DNA of 64,000 nucleotides from Syntrophales bacterium (GTDB lineage: Bacteria > Desulfobacterota > Syntrophia > Syntrophales > UBA2210). Shown here piece after piece: positions 38,810-49,207 of the stretch; within the stretch, counting starts at the first letter, position 1; the number at the start of each line of letters is the position of its first letter. Below the pieces are notes generated by a model. The model made no database searches, had not been told where the DNA came from, and saw only the letters and a list, made by a program, of their open reading frames with translations. A program made the translations under genes and the position numbers. The stretch is taken from contig CAXXNF010000001.1 of assembly GCA_963666365.2 (NCBI GenBank), positions 160,001 through 224,000 of the forward strand, in the 5' to 3' direction.

Positions 38810-40255
38810 ATGAACAGAGACGACGGGTTGTTTGACTGTATCTTCTATCCCCGGAATGTAGCGATCATCGGCGCATCTCCTTCGGACATCGCGACACGGG
38901 CACAGATAAAAACGAAAATCCGCGACCGGCTCTACCTGGTGAACCCCAAGTATGAGGAAGTGCTGGGCAAGAAATGCTACCCGAGCATCCTGGATGTGGA
39001 AGCCGACATCGACTACGTCATTATTTCCGTCTCCGCCTCACGGCTGCCTCAAATACTTGAAGAGTGCATTCGCAAGGGCGTCAGGGTCGCACAGATGTTC
39101 ACGGCCGGATTCAGCGAAACGGGCATCCCCGAGCGGTCACAGCAGGAGGAGGAGCTGAAGCGGCTGGCGGCGGGAAGAATCAGGCTCATCGGTCCCAATT
39201 GCTTCGGCGTGTACTGTCCCGAATCGGGCCTGGCCATCGTGCCAGAGTCTCCCGCCGAGGAGGGGCACATCGGCGTTGTCGCGCAGAGCGGCAGTTTCGC
39301 CGAATCCTTTTCTTATTTTGCAAGGACGAAAAATCTCCGGTTCAGCAAAGTAATCAGTTACGGCAATGCAGCCGACCTGGACGGCGCCGATTTTCTGGAG
39401 TACCTTGCCGATGATCCCGATACGCATATCATCGCCTTTTATATCGAAGGAACAAAACAGGGCCGGCGCTTACGCGCCGCGCTTGCCCGTGCGGCAGCAC
39501 AGAAGCCGGTGATTGCAATCAAAGGAGGCATGACATCGCAGGGCATGAGGGCGGCCGCTTCTCACACAGCCGCCCTGGCCGGCACCCCCGGCGTCTGGCG
39601 CGGGTTCTTTACCCAGTGCGGGGTCCTACAGGTGGAAAATTTCAATGAAATGACAAATGCGCTGATCGCGCTTGACACCTCGCCCTTGCCCTCCGGACGT
39701 GCCATTGCACTTATTTCCAATTCCGGCGGTTTCAGCGTAATCCAGACGGATATGTGCCTGAACGAGGGCATACAGGTGCCGCCCTTTACTCCGGAAACCG
39801 TGGAGGCCCTGCGCGGACTGGTTCCGGCGGCAGGAACGGGCATGGGCAACCCCCTGGATGCGTGGCCCATATATTACAATGTGGGGCCGACACATAACAT
39901 TGCCGACATTATCCGGACAGTGGCCGCCGACCGTCACATTGACACAGTCCTATTCCAGTTCGACCAGTTCCGCTACTTGCGGCGCATCCTGGGAGAAAAA
40001 ATTGATGCCCACATGCAGCGGCTCCTCGAGTTGATGGTCGAAGGGTGCTGGGACGCCCGCCGGAAGGAAGGCAAACCGGTCATGATCACCGTTTCCCTGG
40101 ACCCCTATCTGGAAGATGAGGAAGACAGGCATTACAATCTTCTTCTCAAAAACACCTTCACTGCAGAGGGGTTCCCCGTGTATTCCACACTGGAGGCGGC
40201 GGTAAAGGCAACGGCCAACCTGTGCCGATACCATGAACATCGCAACAAAAAATAG
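38810..40255 (+). CDS. CoA-binding protein, ADP-forming acyl-CoA ligase alpha-subunit-like
   Basis: VAIIGAS, IGPNCFG, AQSG, SYGNAADL, AAASHTAALAG phospho-His motif, NSGG, NPLD. Confidence 0.88.
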   Translation: MNRDDGLFDCIFYPRNVAIIGASPSDIATRAQIKTKIRDRLYLVNPKYEEVLGKKCYPSILDVEADIDYVIISVSASRLPQILEECIRKGVRVAQMFTAGFSETGIPERSQQEEELKRLAAGRIRLIGPNCFGVYCPESGLAIVPESPAEEGHIGVVAQSGSFAESFSYFARTKNLRFSKVISYGNAADLDGADFLEYLADDPDTHIIAFYIEGTKQGRRLRAALARAAAQKPVIAIKGGMTSQGMRAAASHTAALAGTPGVWRGFFTQCGVLQVENFNEMTNALIALDTSPLPSGRAIALISNSGGFSVIQTDMCLNEGIQVPPFTPETVEALRGLVPAAGTGMGNPLDAWPIYYNVGPTHNIADIIRTVAADRHIDTVLFQFDQFRYLRRILGEKIDAHMQRLLELMVEGCWDARRKEGKPVMITVSLDPYLEDEEDRHYNLLLKNTFTAEGFPVYSTLEAAVKATANLCRYHEHRNKK

Positions 40256-40258
40256 CAG

Positions 40259-40343
40259 GTAATTCCGGGGACAGTATACTTAATTAATGTTTAATTAAGT
40301 ATACTGTCCCCGGAATTACGCTGTCCCCGGAATTACGGAATTA
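40259..40343. repeat. REPIN-like palindrome made of RAYT terminal repeats
   Basis: Perfect 29-bp inverted repeat GTAATTCCGGGGACAGTATACTTAATTAA with a 3-nt loop, then tandem partial copies CTGTCCCCGGAATTAC and GGAATTA. Confidence 0.88.
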
Positions 40344-41399
40344 TCATCGCCGCTGCTGGTAAATCGCCATGGTTGCAGTAAACAGATCCTTTTCCGGCAC
40401 GAATTCCCTGTCCTTGTCTTTCCTGAAGATCTTTACGGCTTCGGTGGGACAGGAAACGGCGCATACACCACAGCCGATGCAGCGGTCCAGGTTGATGCGG
40501 GCAACTTCGTCCATTTCGATCGCGTCCATGGGGCATCGTTCCAGGCAGAGTTCGCATCCGATGCACTCTTCTTCATTCACCCGGGCAAAGAAATTGCTGT
40601 TTACCATTTCTGAGGGCTTGTCGTATTTTTTATAGGCAACCAGGGGGCCGCAGCAGCAATCGCAGCACATGCACATGGCAACAGGGTCCTGGGAGGCGCT
40701 CAACTGGCAGACCAGACCAGCCTCCTGGCCTTCCTTCAGGATAGCCAGGGCCTCTTCCTGCGAGATGTACCGCCCCATGTCGTTTTCCACGAAGTAGTGA
40801 CAGCCGCTGCCGAAATGGAAACACACCTCCAGGGGCTTGCTGCAGGGGGTCCCCAACAGATCTTTCATTCTGCGACACATGCAATCGGATACTGCGATAT
40901 ACTTAGCCGATTTTATGGCCTCTTCCGCACTCTCGTAGGGCATGACCTGCGCGTCCGAATCGACGCTTTCCGCAATCGGAATCGTCCGGAGATCCCTCGT
41001 CGTTCCCTTCATCCAGGTAGCCTCGTACAGGATAGGAGTGAATTCCTCCATATCCCTGGCAAACTCCGGGGTCATGCGATTCATCTGAAACTCGACGATC
41101 CCCACAAGGAACGCCGTTGCCATGTATTTGTGGCTTCCTGCCTTTCCCGTACGAAACACCTGCCCCTTGTGAGACATCTCATAGAGCGCCTTTTCCATTT
41201 CTCCCGGGTCGGCGCCGATACGTCCGGCTATCTCCGCCGCCGTCTCCGGCTTTGGCAGCAGTTTCATAAATATTTCGGCTTCTTCGGGAGTGAAAATGTG
41301 CCTCAGGATTCTCAGTTCGATACCCGACTCCGTATTCAGCGGGAACCGCTGAGGAAACGTGTCGAGAAACTCGGCCAATCTTTGATAGACGTCCTTCAT
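40344..41399 (-). CDS. Cys-rich 4Fe-4S dicluster protein (close paralog of 9208-10272)
   Basis: MKDVYQRLAEFLDTFPQRFPLNTESGIEL, CMCR, CMCCDCCC and two ferredoxin motifs. Confidence 0.9.
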   Translation of the reverse strand: MKDVYQRLAEFLDTFPQRFPLNTESGIELRILRHIFTPEEAEIFMKLLPKPETAAEIAGRIGADPGEMEKALYEMSHKGQVFRTGKAGSHKYMATAFLVGIVEFQMNRMTPEFARDMEEFTPILYEATWMKGTTRDLRTIPIAESVDSDAQVMPYESAEEAIKSAKYIAVSDCMCRRMKDLLGTPCSKPLEVCFHFGSGCHYFVENDMGRYISQEEALAILKEGQEAGLVCQLSASQDPVAMCMCCDCCCGPLVAYKKYDKPSEMVNSNFFARVNEEECIGCELCLERCPMDAIEMDEVARINLDRCIGCGVCAVSCPTEAVKIFRKDKDREFVPEKDLFTATMAIYQQRR

Positions 41400-41417
41400 A
41401 TTCATTCTCCTCATAGA

Positions 41418-43121
41418 CTATGCATGGTTGCTCCATGAAACAAACGTTTTCTCACCCTCGTAACTTCCGATCAGGATGAGTTCCGCATTCTCTTCAATAG
41501 GCGCCAGGGGGTCCGGATTGATCGTGATGACGCCGTTCTGATCCATGGCCACAACAGAACATTGCGTTGTCTCCCGAATCTTCGATTGAGTCAGGGATTT
41601 GCCGATCAGGTGGTGCGGCGCCTTCTGGCGGAATATATTCAGTCCTTCCGCCAGCATGAAGGTACCTTCATTTTTGTAGAAATTATAAATCGCATTGGCG
41701 CCTAAAGATGAGTATGACATGACGAAGTCTGCACCGGCGCGGTGCAATGTCGATACGTTGCGTTCCAGCGTCGCCCGGCTGAGAATTTGCATATCCGGTC
41801 GCAAACTCCTTAAATATTTTGTCAGATATATGTTCGTCGCATCATCGTGGGTAGTGATAATCGCTGCAAGGGATTTGTCGACAGATGCTTTCTTAAGAAC
41901 CGAGAGATCCGCCGCATCGCCGATGATCGAGTCTTGCTCCTCATCCCGCACATTACTCGACCTTTTTTCAATGATGCGATAGGGTGTTTCCTGCTCCTTA
42001 AAGCGTGCAGCGATGTTACGCCCCACCCTCCCGCCGCCGATGATCATGATCGGATTGGCCGACAGGTGATAACTATGATAAAAGGAGTAGACTTCGTTAA
42101 AGGCCGCGTGATTCTCCTCCCCACCTGCCATGACCAATACGCTGTTCCGGCTGAGGAGACTGTCTGCAGTGGGAATTTCAAACATTCCCCTGCTCCAGAT
42201 GCCGACTACGGTCACCCCGAAATTTTTTCTTATCTCACTTTCGGCAAGGGTTTTCCCGATCAGCGGGGTGCCGAAAACCGGGAATTCCACTATTACGAGA
42301 TTATCGAAACGGCCTATGATATTGCCGCGGCGGTCGCCGCCGACGGTCCATGCGGCAAGTGAGCGGGCAAGAATTTCATAGATCTGAAGCACCTTCGTAC
42401 TGCCCGCCATCTGCAGAATATCCTCCGAATAGGGAGAATCGGCAGTGGTAATAATAGGCACTTCCCCGCTCAACTCACGGACGGTAAAGGTGATATTTGT
42501 ATTGACCTCATCGGTGTTGGCGGCAACAACGAGGGCAGCATTTTCGACGCGCATTTTTCGATAGGTCGCCGGATCATCGATGTTTCCAACAGCAACGCGC
42601 ATGCCGGCATCATGAAGATCAAGGGCACGTTTGTAGTCCTCCTCGATAAGCACATAGGACTCTTGATAATCTTTCAATTTGTCGATCAGGGCCGAAGTTA
42701 CGGCATTGTAGGCGGTGATGATAATGTGACCTCTGGTTTCCGGCGGCAGTTCGCGGGGCGCACGGCTTCTTGCCTCGGCCTCAATCCAGGGCGCATAGAA
42801 AAACTTGATGAAGGTAAAGGGAAGAAGCGTGAGAAAAAAGATAACTCCGGAAATAAGAACCACGATAGAAAAGGCGCGGCCAAGATCAGAATTGAAAGTA
42901 ATGTCTCCGAACCCCAGGGTGGTCATTACCGTAAGCGTCCAGTAAAAACCTGTAATCCAGGAGTAGCTTCTCCCTTCAAGGGCCATCAGGCCGTGAAAAA
43001 TAACACTGTAAAGCGTTACCATGGCGGCCATGGCGCCAATGAATTTCAGCAGCAGACGCACATTACGTTTCGTATTTTCGCTGTACAGAATAGTGCTCAG
43101 TATGGCAGGTCCGTACTTCAC
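41418..43121 (-). CDS. Potassium channel family protein with tandem TrkA-N/TrkA-C (RCK) domains
   Basis: Two TM helices around MTTLGFGDI pore; IIGGGRVG Rossmann motif; duplicated RCK units. Confidence 0.88.
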   Translation of the reverse strand: MKYGPAILSTILYSENTKRNVRLLLKFIGAMAAMVTLYSVIFHGLMALEGRSYSWITGFYWTLTVMTTLGFGDITFNSDLGRAFSIVVLISGVIFFLTLLPFTFIKFFYAPWIEAEARSRAPRELPPETRGHIIITAYNAVTSALIDKLKDYQESYVLIEEDYKRALDLHDAGMRVAVGNIDDPATYRKMRVENAALVVAANTDEVNTNITFTVRELSGEVPIITTADSPYSEDILQMAGSTKVLQIYEILARSLAAWTVGGDRRGNIIGRFDNLVIVEFPVFGTPLIGKTLAESEIRKNFGVTVVGIWSRGMFEIPTADSLLSRNSVLVMAGGEENHAAFNEVYSFYHSYHLSANPIMIIGGGRVGRNIAARFKEQETPYRIIEKRSSNVRDEEQDSIIGDAADLSVLKKASVDKSLAAIITTHDDATNIYLTKYLRSLRPDMQILSRATLERNVSTLHRAGADFVMSYSSLGANAIYNFYKNEGTFMLAEGLNIFRQKAPHHLIGKSLTQSKIRETTQCSVVAMDQNGVITINPDPLAPIEENAELILIGSYEGEKTFVSWSNHA

Positions 43122-43150
43122 CGCACACTCCGATCATTGCAACATTCCAG

Positions 43151-43183
43151 GGGTGCGTAACGCACACTGTGGATTACGCACCC
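43151..43183. repeat. Short REP-like hairpin
   Basis: GGGTGCGTAA / TTACGCACCC inverted repeat in an intergenic gap. Confidence 0.55.
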
Positions 43184-43200
43184 TGACCCCGGAACCGGCC

Positions 43201-44358
43201 TTACAGGCAGAGTTGCAGCACCTTGCTCACCGTCTCGGGCGTCACGTCCCGCCGCTCGCCGAGGGTGACCATTCCATGCTTCTCCAACTGCGTCACCACC
43301 CGGGGTATGCCGTCGGCGCCGATACCGTAGTCGCTCAGGCGCGTCTTTACCCCGAGATGTTCAAAAAACTCCCGCGTTTTTTCCACAGCCCCGTCGATTC
43401 GGGCATCCTCATCACCTTCCTTCAACCCCCAGACGCGTTCGGCGTACTGCAACAGCTTCTCCCGCTTCTCTTCTCTCCTCACTTTCAGCATGGCCGGAAG
43501 GACGATTGCCAGGGTCTGTCCATGATCCAGGCCGTAGAGTGCCGTAATCTCGTGACCCACCATGTGGGTTGCCCAATCCTGAGGGACACCTACGGCGATG
43601 AGTCCGTTGAGGCCCAGTGTGGCGCACCACATCAGATTGGACCGTACATCGTAATCTTCCGGCGTCTGAAGCGCCTTGGGCCCCTCTTCTATCAAGGTCA
43701 GAAGCAATCCTTCGGCAAAGCGGTCCTGCACCTTGCCGTTGACGGGATAGGTAAGGTACTGCTCAGTGACATGGACAAAGGTGTCGACAATACCGTTGGC
43801 GATCTGTCTCGGTGGCAACGTATAGGTCTTTGTCGGATCCAGGGCCGAGAATTTCGGAAAGACCAGGGGATTGGCAAAGGGAAGTTTCGCCGTAAGAGAT
43901 TTCCGGGAAATCACGGCGCCGCTGTTCATTTCCGAACCTGTCGCAGGAAGTGTCAAGACCGTGCCAAACGGTACGGCACGAACAATTCCGGCACCATATT
44001 TCTCCAGAATAGTCCATGGTTCTCCTTCGTAGTGAACGGCCGCTGAGATGAATTTTGTGCCGTCAATCACCGACCCGCCACCCAGAGCAAGCAGAAAATC
44101 AACCTTTGAGGAACGGACCATCTCAACACAATTCATCAGCGTTTCATAGGTCGGATTCGGTTCGATCCCGCCAAACTCCGTCAGTTCGTATCCCTCCAGG
44201 GCCGCCGACACCTCATCGAACACACCGTTCTTCTTGACGCTGCCCCCCCCGTAGGTAATCAGGACCTTCGATCCCGACGGAATCTCCCTACTGATGCGTG
44301 CGATACAGTCCTTTCCAAATAAAATTTTGGTGGGGTTTTGATAACTGAAATTCAACAT
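43201..44358 (-). CDS. yqhD: Iron-containing alcohol dehydrogenase, YqhD/BdhA-like
   Basis: NPTKILFGK, GGGS twice, TLPATGSEMN, DWATHMVGHE, LDHGQTL. Confidence 0.9.
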   Translation of the reverse strand: MLNFSYQNPTKILFGKDCIARISREIPSGSKVLITYGGGSVKKNGVFDEVSAALEGYELTEFGGIEPNPTYETLMNCVEMVRSSKVDFLLALGGGSVIDGTKFISAAVHYEGEPWTILEKYGAGIVRAVPFGTVLTLPATGSEMNSGAVISRKSLTAKLPFANPLVFPKFSALDPTKTYTLPPRQIANGIVDTFVHVTEQYLTYPVNGKVQDRFAEGLLLTLIEEGPKALQTPEDYDVRSNLMWCATLGLNGLIAVGVPQDWATHMVGHEITALYGLDHGQTLAIVLPAMLKVRREEKREKLLQYAERVWGLKEGDEDARIDGAVEKTREFFEHLGVKTRLSDYGIGADGIPRVVTQLEKHGMVTLGERRDVTPETVSKVLQLCL

Positions 44359-44519
44359 GCTCTCTCTCCTTTTTTGTGATACAAAAATTTTTATAGGCCA
44401 CGCAGTAATTTTCTGTCCACATCACCGACAATGGCTCAATGCATCACACAACTGTGCCGATAATAGTGGACAAGTGCACTGTGACCACAACCTACCTTCA
44501 TTGAACGGGGGGCGTCAAG

Positions 44520-45656
44520 ATGAAAATCGCACAGAAGGTATGGACAGAGGCCCGGGGCTGGGCTCTTCAGAAGGGCCCGGATATTGAAAATGCCGATCTG
44601 ATCTTAATATTTGCACCAGTTGAAATTTTAAAGCGGCATCATTTGTTTGAAGAGATCGCGCAAAGCTACCCGAGCGCTCATCTTTTCGGGTGTTCCACGG
44701 CAGGAGAGATATGCGGCGCCACCGTTTCAGACGACAGCCTCGTCGCAACGGCGGTCCTTTTCGAAAAAACGGGCATCAGGGGCGCACAATGCTTCTTTAA
44801 AGATGCTCCCGACAGTTATGAGGCGGGAGAAATGCTCGCACGGTCCATCCCTAATGAGGGCCTGCGCCACGTATTTGTTCTTTCCGATGGTCTCAGTATA
44901 AACGGAAGTGCCTTGGTAAGGGGCCTGACGCAGGCCCTTCCTGAAGGAGTGACCATTACCGGCGGTCTCGCGGGAAACGGAGACCGTTTTGAAGAAACCT
45001 ATGTTTTCTGTGACGCCACGCCGTCAAAAAATACCCTGGCAATTCTGGGACTATATGGAGACAGCATAAGAATCGGCTACGGCTCAATGGGCGGCTGGGA
45101 TCCTTTCGGACCGGAACGAATCATCACCAGGTCAGAGGGAAACCTGCTTTTCGAGCTTGACGGACAATCGGCATTATATATTTACAAGAAATACCTCGGC
45201 GCACATGCAGCGGGGCTGCCGGCCACGGGACTTCTTTTTCCTTTGAGCATTCGTACAAAAACCGGTGAAACGGGTATTGTGCGCACCATCCTTTCGGTGG
45301 ATGAACAGGAAAACAGCATGACTTTCGCAGGCGATATTCCTCAGGGCGCCTATGCCCGCTTTATGAAGGCAAATGTCGAACGGCTTATTGACGGCGCCAG
45401 CGCAGCGGCTGTCCGAAGTTGTGAAGGAACGGGAGGAAGCCCTCCAGAACTTGCGATTTTGATAAGCTGCGTCGGAAGAAAGCTTGTGTTAAAACAGAGA
45501 ACCGAGGAAGAAGTGGAAGCCATCCGTGAAGTGCTGGGCGGCAATCCTATACTCACGGGGTTTTACTCCTATGGAGAAATTTCCCCCTTCATGCCCGGCG
45601 CGCCCTGTACGCTTCACAACCAGACCATGACCGTCACCACATTTACAGAGGAATAG
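44520..45656 (+). CDS. FIST N/C domain signal transduction protein
   Basis: GCSTAGEI, LSDGL.ING, GGLAG, SCVGR, GFYSYGEI, LHNQTMT. Confidence 0.9.
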   Translation: MKIAQKVWTEARGWALQKGPDIENADLILIFAPVEILKRHHLFEEIAQSYPSAHLFGCSTAGEICGATVSDDSLVATAVLFEKTGIRGAQCFFKDAPDSYEAGEMLARSIPNEGLRHVFVLSDGLSINGSALVRGLTQALPEGVTITGGLAGNGDRFEETYVFCDATPSKNTLAILGLYGDSIRIGYGSMGGWDPFGPERIITRSEGNLLFELDGQSALYIYKKYLGAHAAGLPATGLLFPLSIRTKTGETGIVRTILSVDEQENSMTFAGDIPQGAYARFMKANVERLIDGASAAAVRSCEGTGGSPPELAILISCVGRKLVLKQRTEEEVEAIREVLGGNPILTGFYSYGEISPFMPGAPCTLHNQTMTVTTFTEE

Positions 45657-45663
45657 AAGCCAC

Positions 45664-48600
45664 ATGAAATCGGGTAAGATGCACAGCCTTCTGAAACGCC
45701 AACTGAAAAAATGCTTCGGTGATGCCTTCAGCATTCCGGAAGAGTGGCGAGGTTTTATCAATGCGGTCAACGACGCCTATCATGAATCGGACATGGATCG
45801 GAATATGCTGGAGCGTTCTCTGGAATTAAGCTCCCAGGAACTGCTGCAGGCCAATTCGGAAATGAGGGCGATTTTTGAAGCTGTTCCCGATATCTTCTTC
45901 AGAGTCGATATCTCGGGCACCATTCTCGATTGCAAGACAGGCAATATATCCGATCTCTTCGTTCCCCCTCAGGACTTGATGGGAAAAAAGATATACGACA
46001 TACCGCTCACCTCTGTGGCCAGGAAATTTCGCACGGCCCTGACGGATGCCCTGCACTCAAAAACTGCGGTAAGTTTTGACTATTCACTGGAGCTCCATGG
46101 GAGAGAACAGCATTACGAGACGCGACTGATTCCTCTTCTGGAGGACCAGGCCGTTGTTATTGTTCGAAATGTAACCGAACGCACGCGTGCAGAAAATGCG
46201 CTCAGGGAAAGCGAACGCAAATACCGGCTCCTCACCGAAAAAATGACCGATATCGTATGGATTGCCAACATGGATCTGCGCACAATCTATGTGACCCCCT
46301 CCGTGCAGGCGGTGCTTGGATTCACACAGGAAGAGCGAATGCAGCAGACCGTCGATCAGCAGTTCACCCCGGATTCTCTGGCTGTCGGGATGGAGGCGAT
46401 GGCCAGGGAGCTTGCCCTGGAAGAACAGGGAACGGCCGATCCCGACAGGACGGCAACCCTTGTGCTTGAGTATTACCACAAAGATGGCTCAACCCGGTGG
46501 ATGGAAACAATTATGAGCGGACTGCGCGACGAGGAGGGTACGTTGGTAGGTCTCCATGGCGTGTCCCGCGATATCACCAAGCGAAAGCGAGCGGAGGTAG
46601 CCTTGCGGGAAAGCGAGGCAAGTTACCGCCAACTCTTTGATAATGCACCGGCGGGGATATATCGGGTTGATTTCCGGACCGGCCGGTTGTTGCGGGCGAA
46701 TGATGTGCTCTGTGAATATCTCGGTTGCAGCCGAGAGGAGATACTACAGATCAACCCCTTTGATTTGCTCACGGAAGAAAGCAAAACACTGTTTCTGGCG
46801 CGCCTTAAAAACATGTCGCTCGGCAAAGAAGTACCGGAGGCGGTTGAGTATGAAATTGTGACAAAAAGCGGCAGAAAATTGTGGATTCACCTGCACAACA
46901 GGAACATCTATGACGCGGAAGGCCATGTGATTGCCGCCGATGTCGTTGCCCACGACATTACCGAACGGAAAAAGGCGGAACAAGCGTTGTATAAAAGCGA
47001 ACAGAAATACCGGATGGCGGCGTCTTATCATGAGCAGCTCAATACTATCGCCATTACCTTTACTGAATCGTTCGGCGCCCAGGAACTGTTAGACAAAATC
47101 ACCGACTCCCTTCTTCGTCTCTCAGGCGCCGTGGCGACTATGTTTACCGTGTATGACGACGCAACTCACACCTTGACTCCCGTCGCAGTGTCGACGGATC
47201 CCGTCGCAGGAGACATGCTTCATTCCGTCTTTCGCCCCCTGATGGCGAAACCCATACATTGCAGTGAAAATAACATGACACAAATGCGCACTCGGATTAT
47301 TTCGAGGCGAAAAAACCTCCATGAGCTTTCAGGCGGGGAAATACCCTGGGAAATTTCAGACATGGTCATGGACGCCGTCGGATGCCGGAGGCTCATTGCC
47401 CTGGCCATCAGCTATGCCGATGAGTTGTTGGGCATCTGTATCGCCTTTATTTCCAAAGACCGGCCGCTATTGCCGGACAACGTGCTGAAAACGTTTGTAT
47501 ATTTATCAGGCATGACAATCAAGCGCAACCGGGCGGAAGATTTCATCAGAAAAAGCGAAGAACGCTACAGAACAATCTTCGAAAGCACAGCGACCGCAAA
47601 TATTATCGTCGCGGAAGATACGACAATACTGATGGCGAATCACAACTTCGCCGACCTGGTGGGATATTCAAAAGAGGAACTCGAGGGGAAAATGAAATGG
47701 ACGGAATTGATTGTGTCTGAGGACATGAAACGAGTGAGGCTGAATCAAATGATGCGCCTGACCAATCAGACATTCGTTCCATCCACCTATGAGATCCATG
47801 CCAAAACCCGGGATGGTACAGTCAGGGAACTCTTCATGAGCGTTGCCGTCATTCCCGAAACAAGAGAAACTGTCGCTTCTCTGATCGATCTGACGGAAAG
47901 AAAAAAGCTTGAAACGCAGCTCATTCAGGCACAGAAGATGGAATCGGTGGGGCGATTGGCCGGCGGGGTCGCTCATGACTTCAACAATATGCTCAGCGTG
48001 ATAATCGGCAATACGGAAATGGCCATAACCCGCATTACACGAAACGACCCTCTGTACAAATCACTCCAGGACATTTTGAACGCGGGGAGGCGTTCCGCCG
48101 ATCTTACGCGGCAGTTGCTGGCCTTTGCCCGCAAGCAGACCGTCAGCCCGAAGGTAATAAACCTGAATGATGCCGTCGCCGGCATGCTGAAAATGCTTCA
48201 GCGTCTTATCAGTGAAAACATCGAACTGGGCTGGTATCCCGGTCATAATTTGTGGAAGGTATTGATAGACCCCTCTCAGGTCGACCAAATCCTGGCAAAC
48301 CTGACAGTGAACGCCCGTGATTCCATAAAAAAAACAGGGAGGATCTCTCTCGAGACATCCAACATCACGATTGACGGCACGTACAACCCTGAACGGCCGG
48401 AATGCGTCGAAGGTGATTATGTGGCATTGACGGTTAGCGACGACGGCTGCGGCATGGATAGGGAAACACTGCTTAACATATTCGAACCATTTTTCACCAC
48501 CAAAACTGAAGGAAAAGGCACCGGTCTCGGACTGGCGACAGTGTACGGCATCGTCAGACAGAACAACGGGTTCATCAATGTCTACAGTGAGCCGAACCAG

Positions 48601-49059
48601 GGTACCACGTTCAGGATTTACTTACCCCGGTACCGGGCGGAAGCTTCGGAAATCGACGACGAACCAAAGCTGGAGGTGCAGGGGGGCACGGAAACGATTC
48701 TGATCGCCGAAGATGACGAATCGGTCCTGGATCTGAGCAAGGCTATGCTTGAAGTGATGGGATACAGGGTACTGACGGCTAAAAGTAACACTCAAGCACT
48801 GCGGATTGTCAAGGATTATGACGGAAATATCGACCTGCTCCTTACGGATGTGGTGATGCCGCACATGAACGGAAAGGAGCTTTCGGAACTGATCAGGACC
48901 GTCAAGCCCGATCTGAAATGTCTTTATATGTCCGGCTACACGGCCGATGTTATTGCACATCAGGGAATTCTGGATGAGCACGTAAATTTTCTTTCCAAAC
49001 CATTTTCCCTGAAAGAACTGGCGGCAAAAGTCAGAGAAGTGCTGGATGGAATAAAATAA
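45664..49059 (+). CDS. PAS-domain hybrid sensor histidine kinase/response regulator
   Basis: Several PAS/PAC units, AHDFNNML H-box, FEPFFTTK..GKGTGLGL, receiver domain DLLLTDVVMP...KPF. Confidence 0.93.
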   Translation: MKSGKMHSLLKRQLKKCFGDAFSIPEEWRGFINAVNDAYHESDMDRNMLERSLELSSQELLQANSEMRAIFEAVPDIFFRVDISGTILDCKTGNISDLFVPPQDLMGKKIYDIPLTSVARKFRTALTDALHSKTAVSFDYSLELHGREQHYETRLIPLLEDQAVVIVRNVTERTRAENALRESERKYRLLTEKMTDIVWIANMDLRTIYVTPSVQAVLGFTQEERMQQTVDQQFTPDSLAVGMEAMARELALEEQGTADPDRTATLVLEYYHKDGSTRWMETIMSGLRDEEGTLVGLHGVSRDITKRKRAEVALRESEASYRQLFDNAPAGIYRVDFRTGRLLRANDVLCEYLGCSREEILQINPFDLLTEESKTLFLARLKNMSLGKEVPEAVEYEIVTKSGRKLWIHLHNRNIYDAEGHVIAADVVAHDITERKKAEQALYKSEQKYRMAASYHEQLNTIAITFTESFGAQELLDKITDSLLRLSGAVATMFTVYDDATHTLTPVAVSTDPVAGDMLHSVFRPLMAKPIHCSENNMTQMRTRIISRRKNLHELSGGEIPWEISDMVMDAVGCRRLIALAISYADELLGICIAFISKDRPLLPDNVLKTFVYLSGMTIKRNRAEDFIRKSEERYRTIFESTATANIIVAEDTTILMANHNFADLVGYSKEELEGKMKWTELIVSEDMKRVRLNQMMRLTNQTFVPSTYEIHAKTRDGTVRELFMSVAVIPETRETVASLIDLTERKKLETQLIQAQKMESVGRLAGGVAHDFNNMLSVIIGNTEMAITRITRNDPLYKSLQDILNAGRRSADLTRQLLAFARKQTVSPKVINLNDAVAGMLKMLQRLISENIELGWYPGHNLWKVLIDPSQVDQILANLTVNARDSIKKTGRISLETSNITIDGTYNPERPECVEGDYVALTVSDDGCGMDRETLLNIFEPFFTTKTEGKGTGLGLATVYGIVRQNNGFINVYSEPNQGTTFRIYLPRYRAEASEIDDEPKLEVQGGTETILIAEDDESVLDLSKAMLEVMGYRVLTAKSNTQALRIVKDYDGNIDLLLTDVVMPHMNGKELSELIRTVKPDLKCLYMSGYTADVIAHQGILDEHVNFLSKPFSLKELAAKVREVLDGIK

Positions 49060-49207
49060 CATGTGTACGGGACGCTTCAGACACCGGTCATGGCGGCAGT
49101 AATCTCTTCATCATTAATCTTTTACGGATACGAGGCGTCAACAGTGAGGGAACCGTCCCCTCTTTCAGTCGCTGAAAGCGCCTGAATCTGAGGTCGTTTC
49201 CCCCAAG

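Noticed and set aside
40259..40343. CRISPR array (also considered for 841-893)
   Set aside because: No repeat-spacer periodicity and no cas genes in the window.
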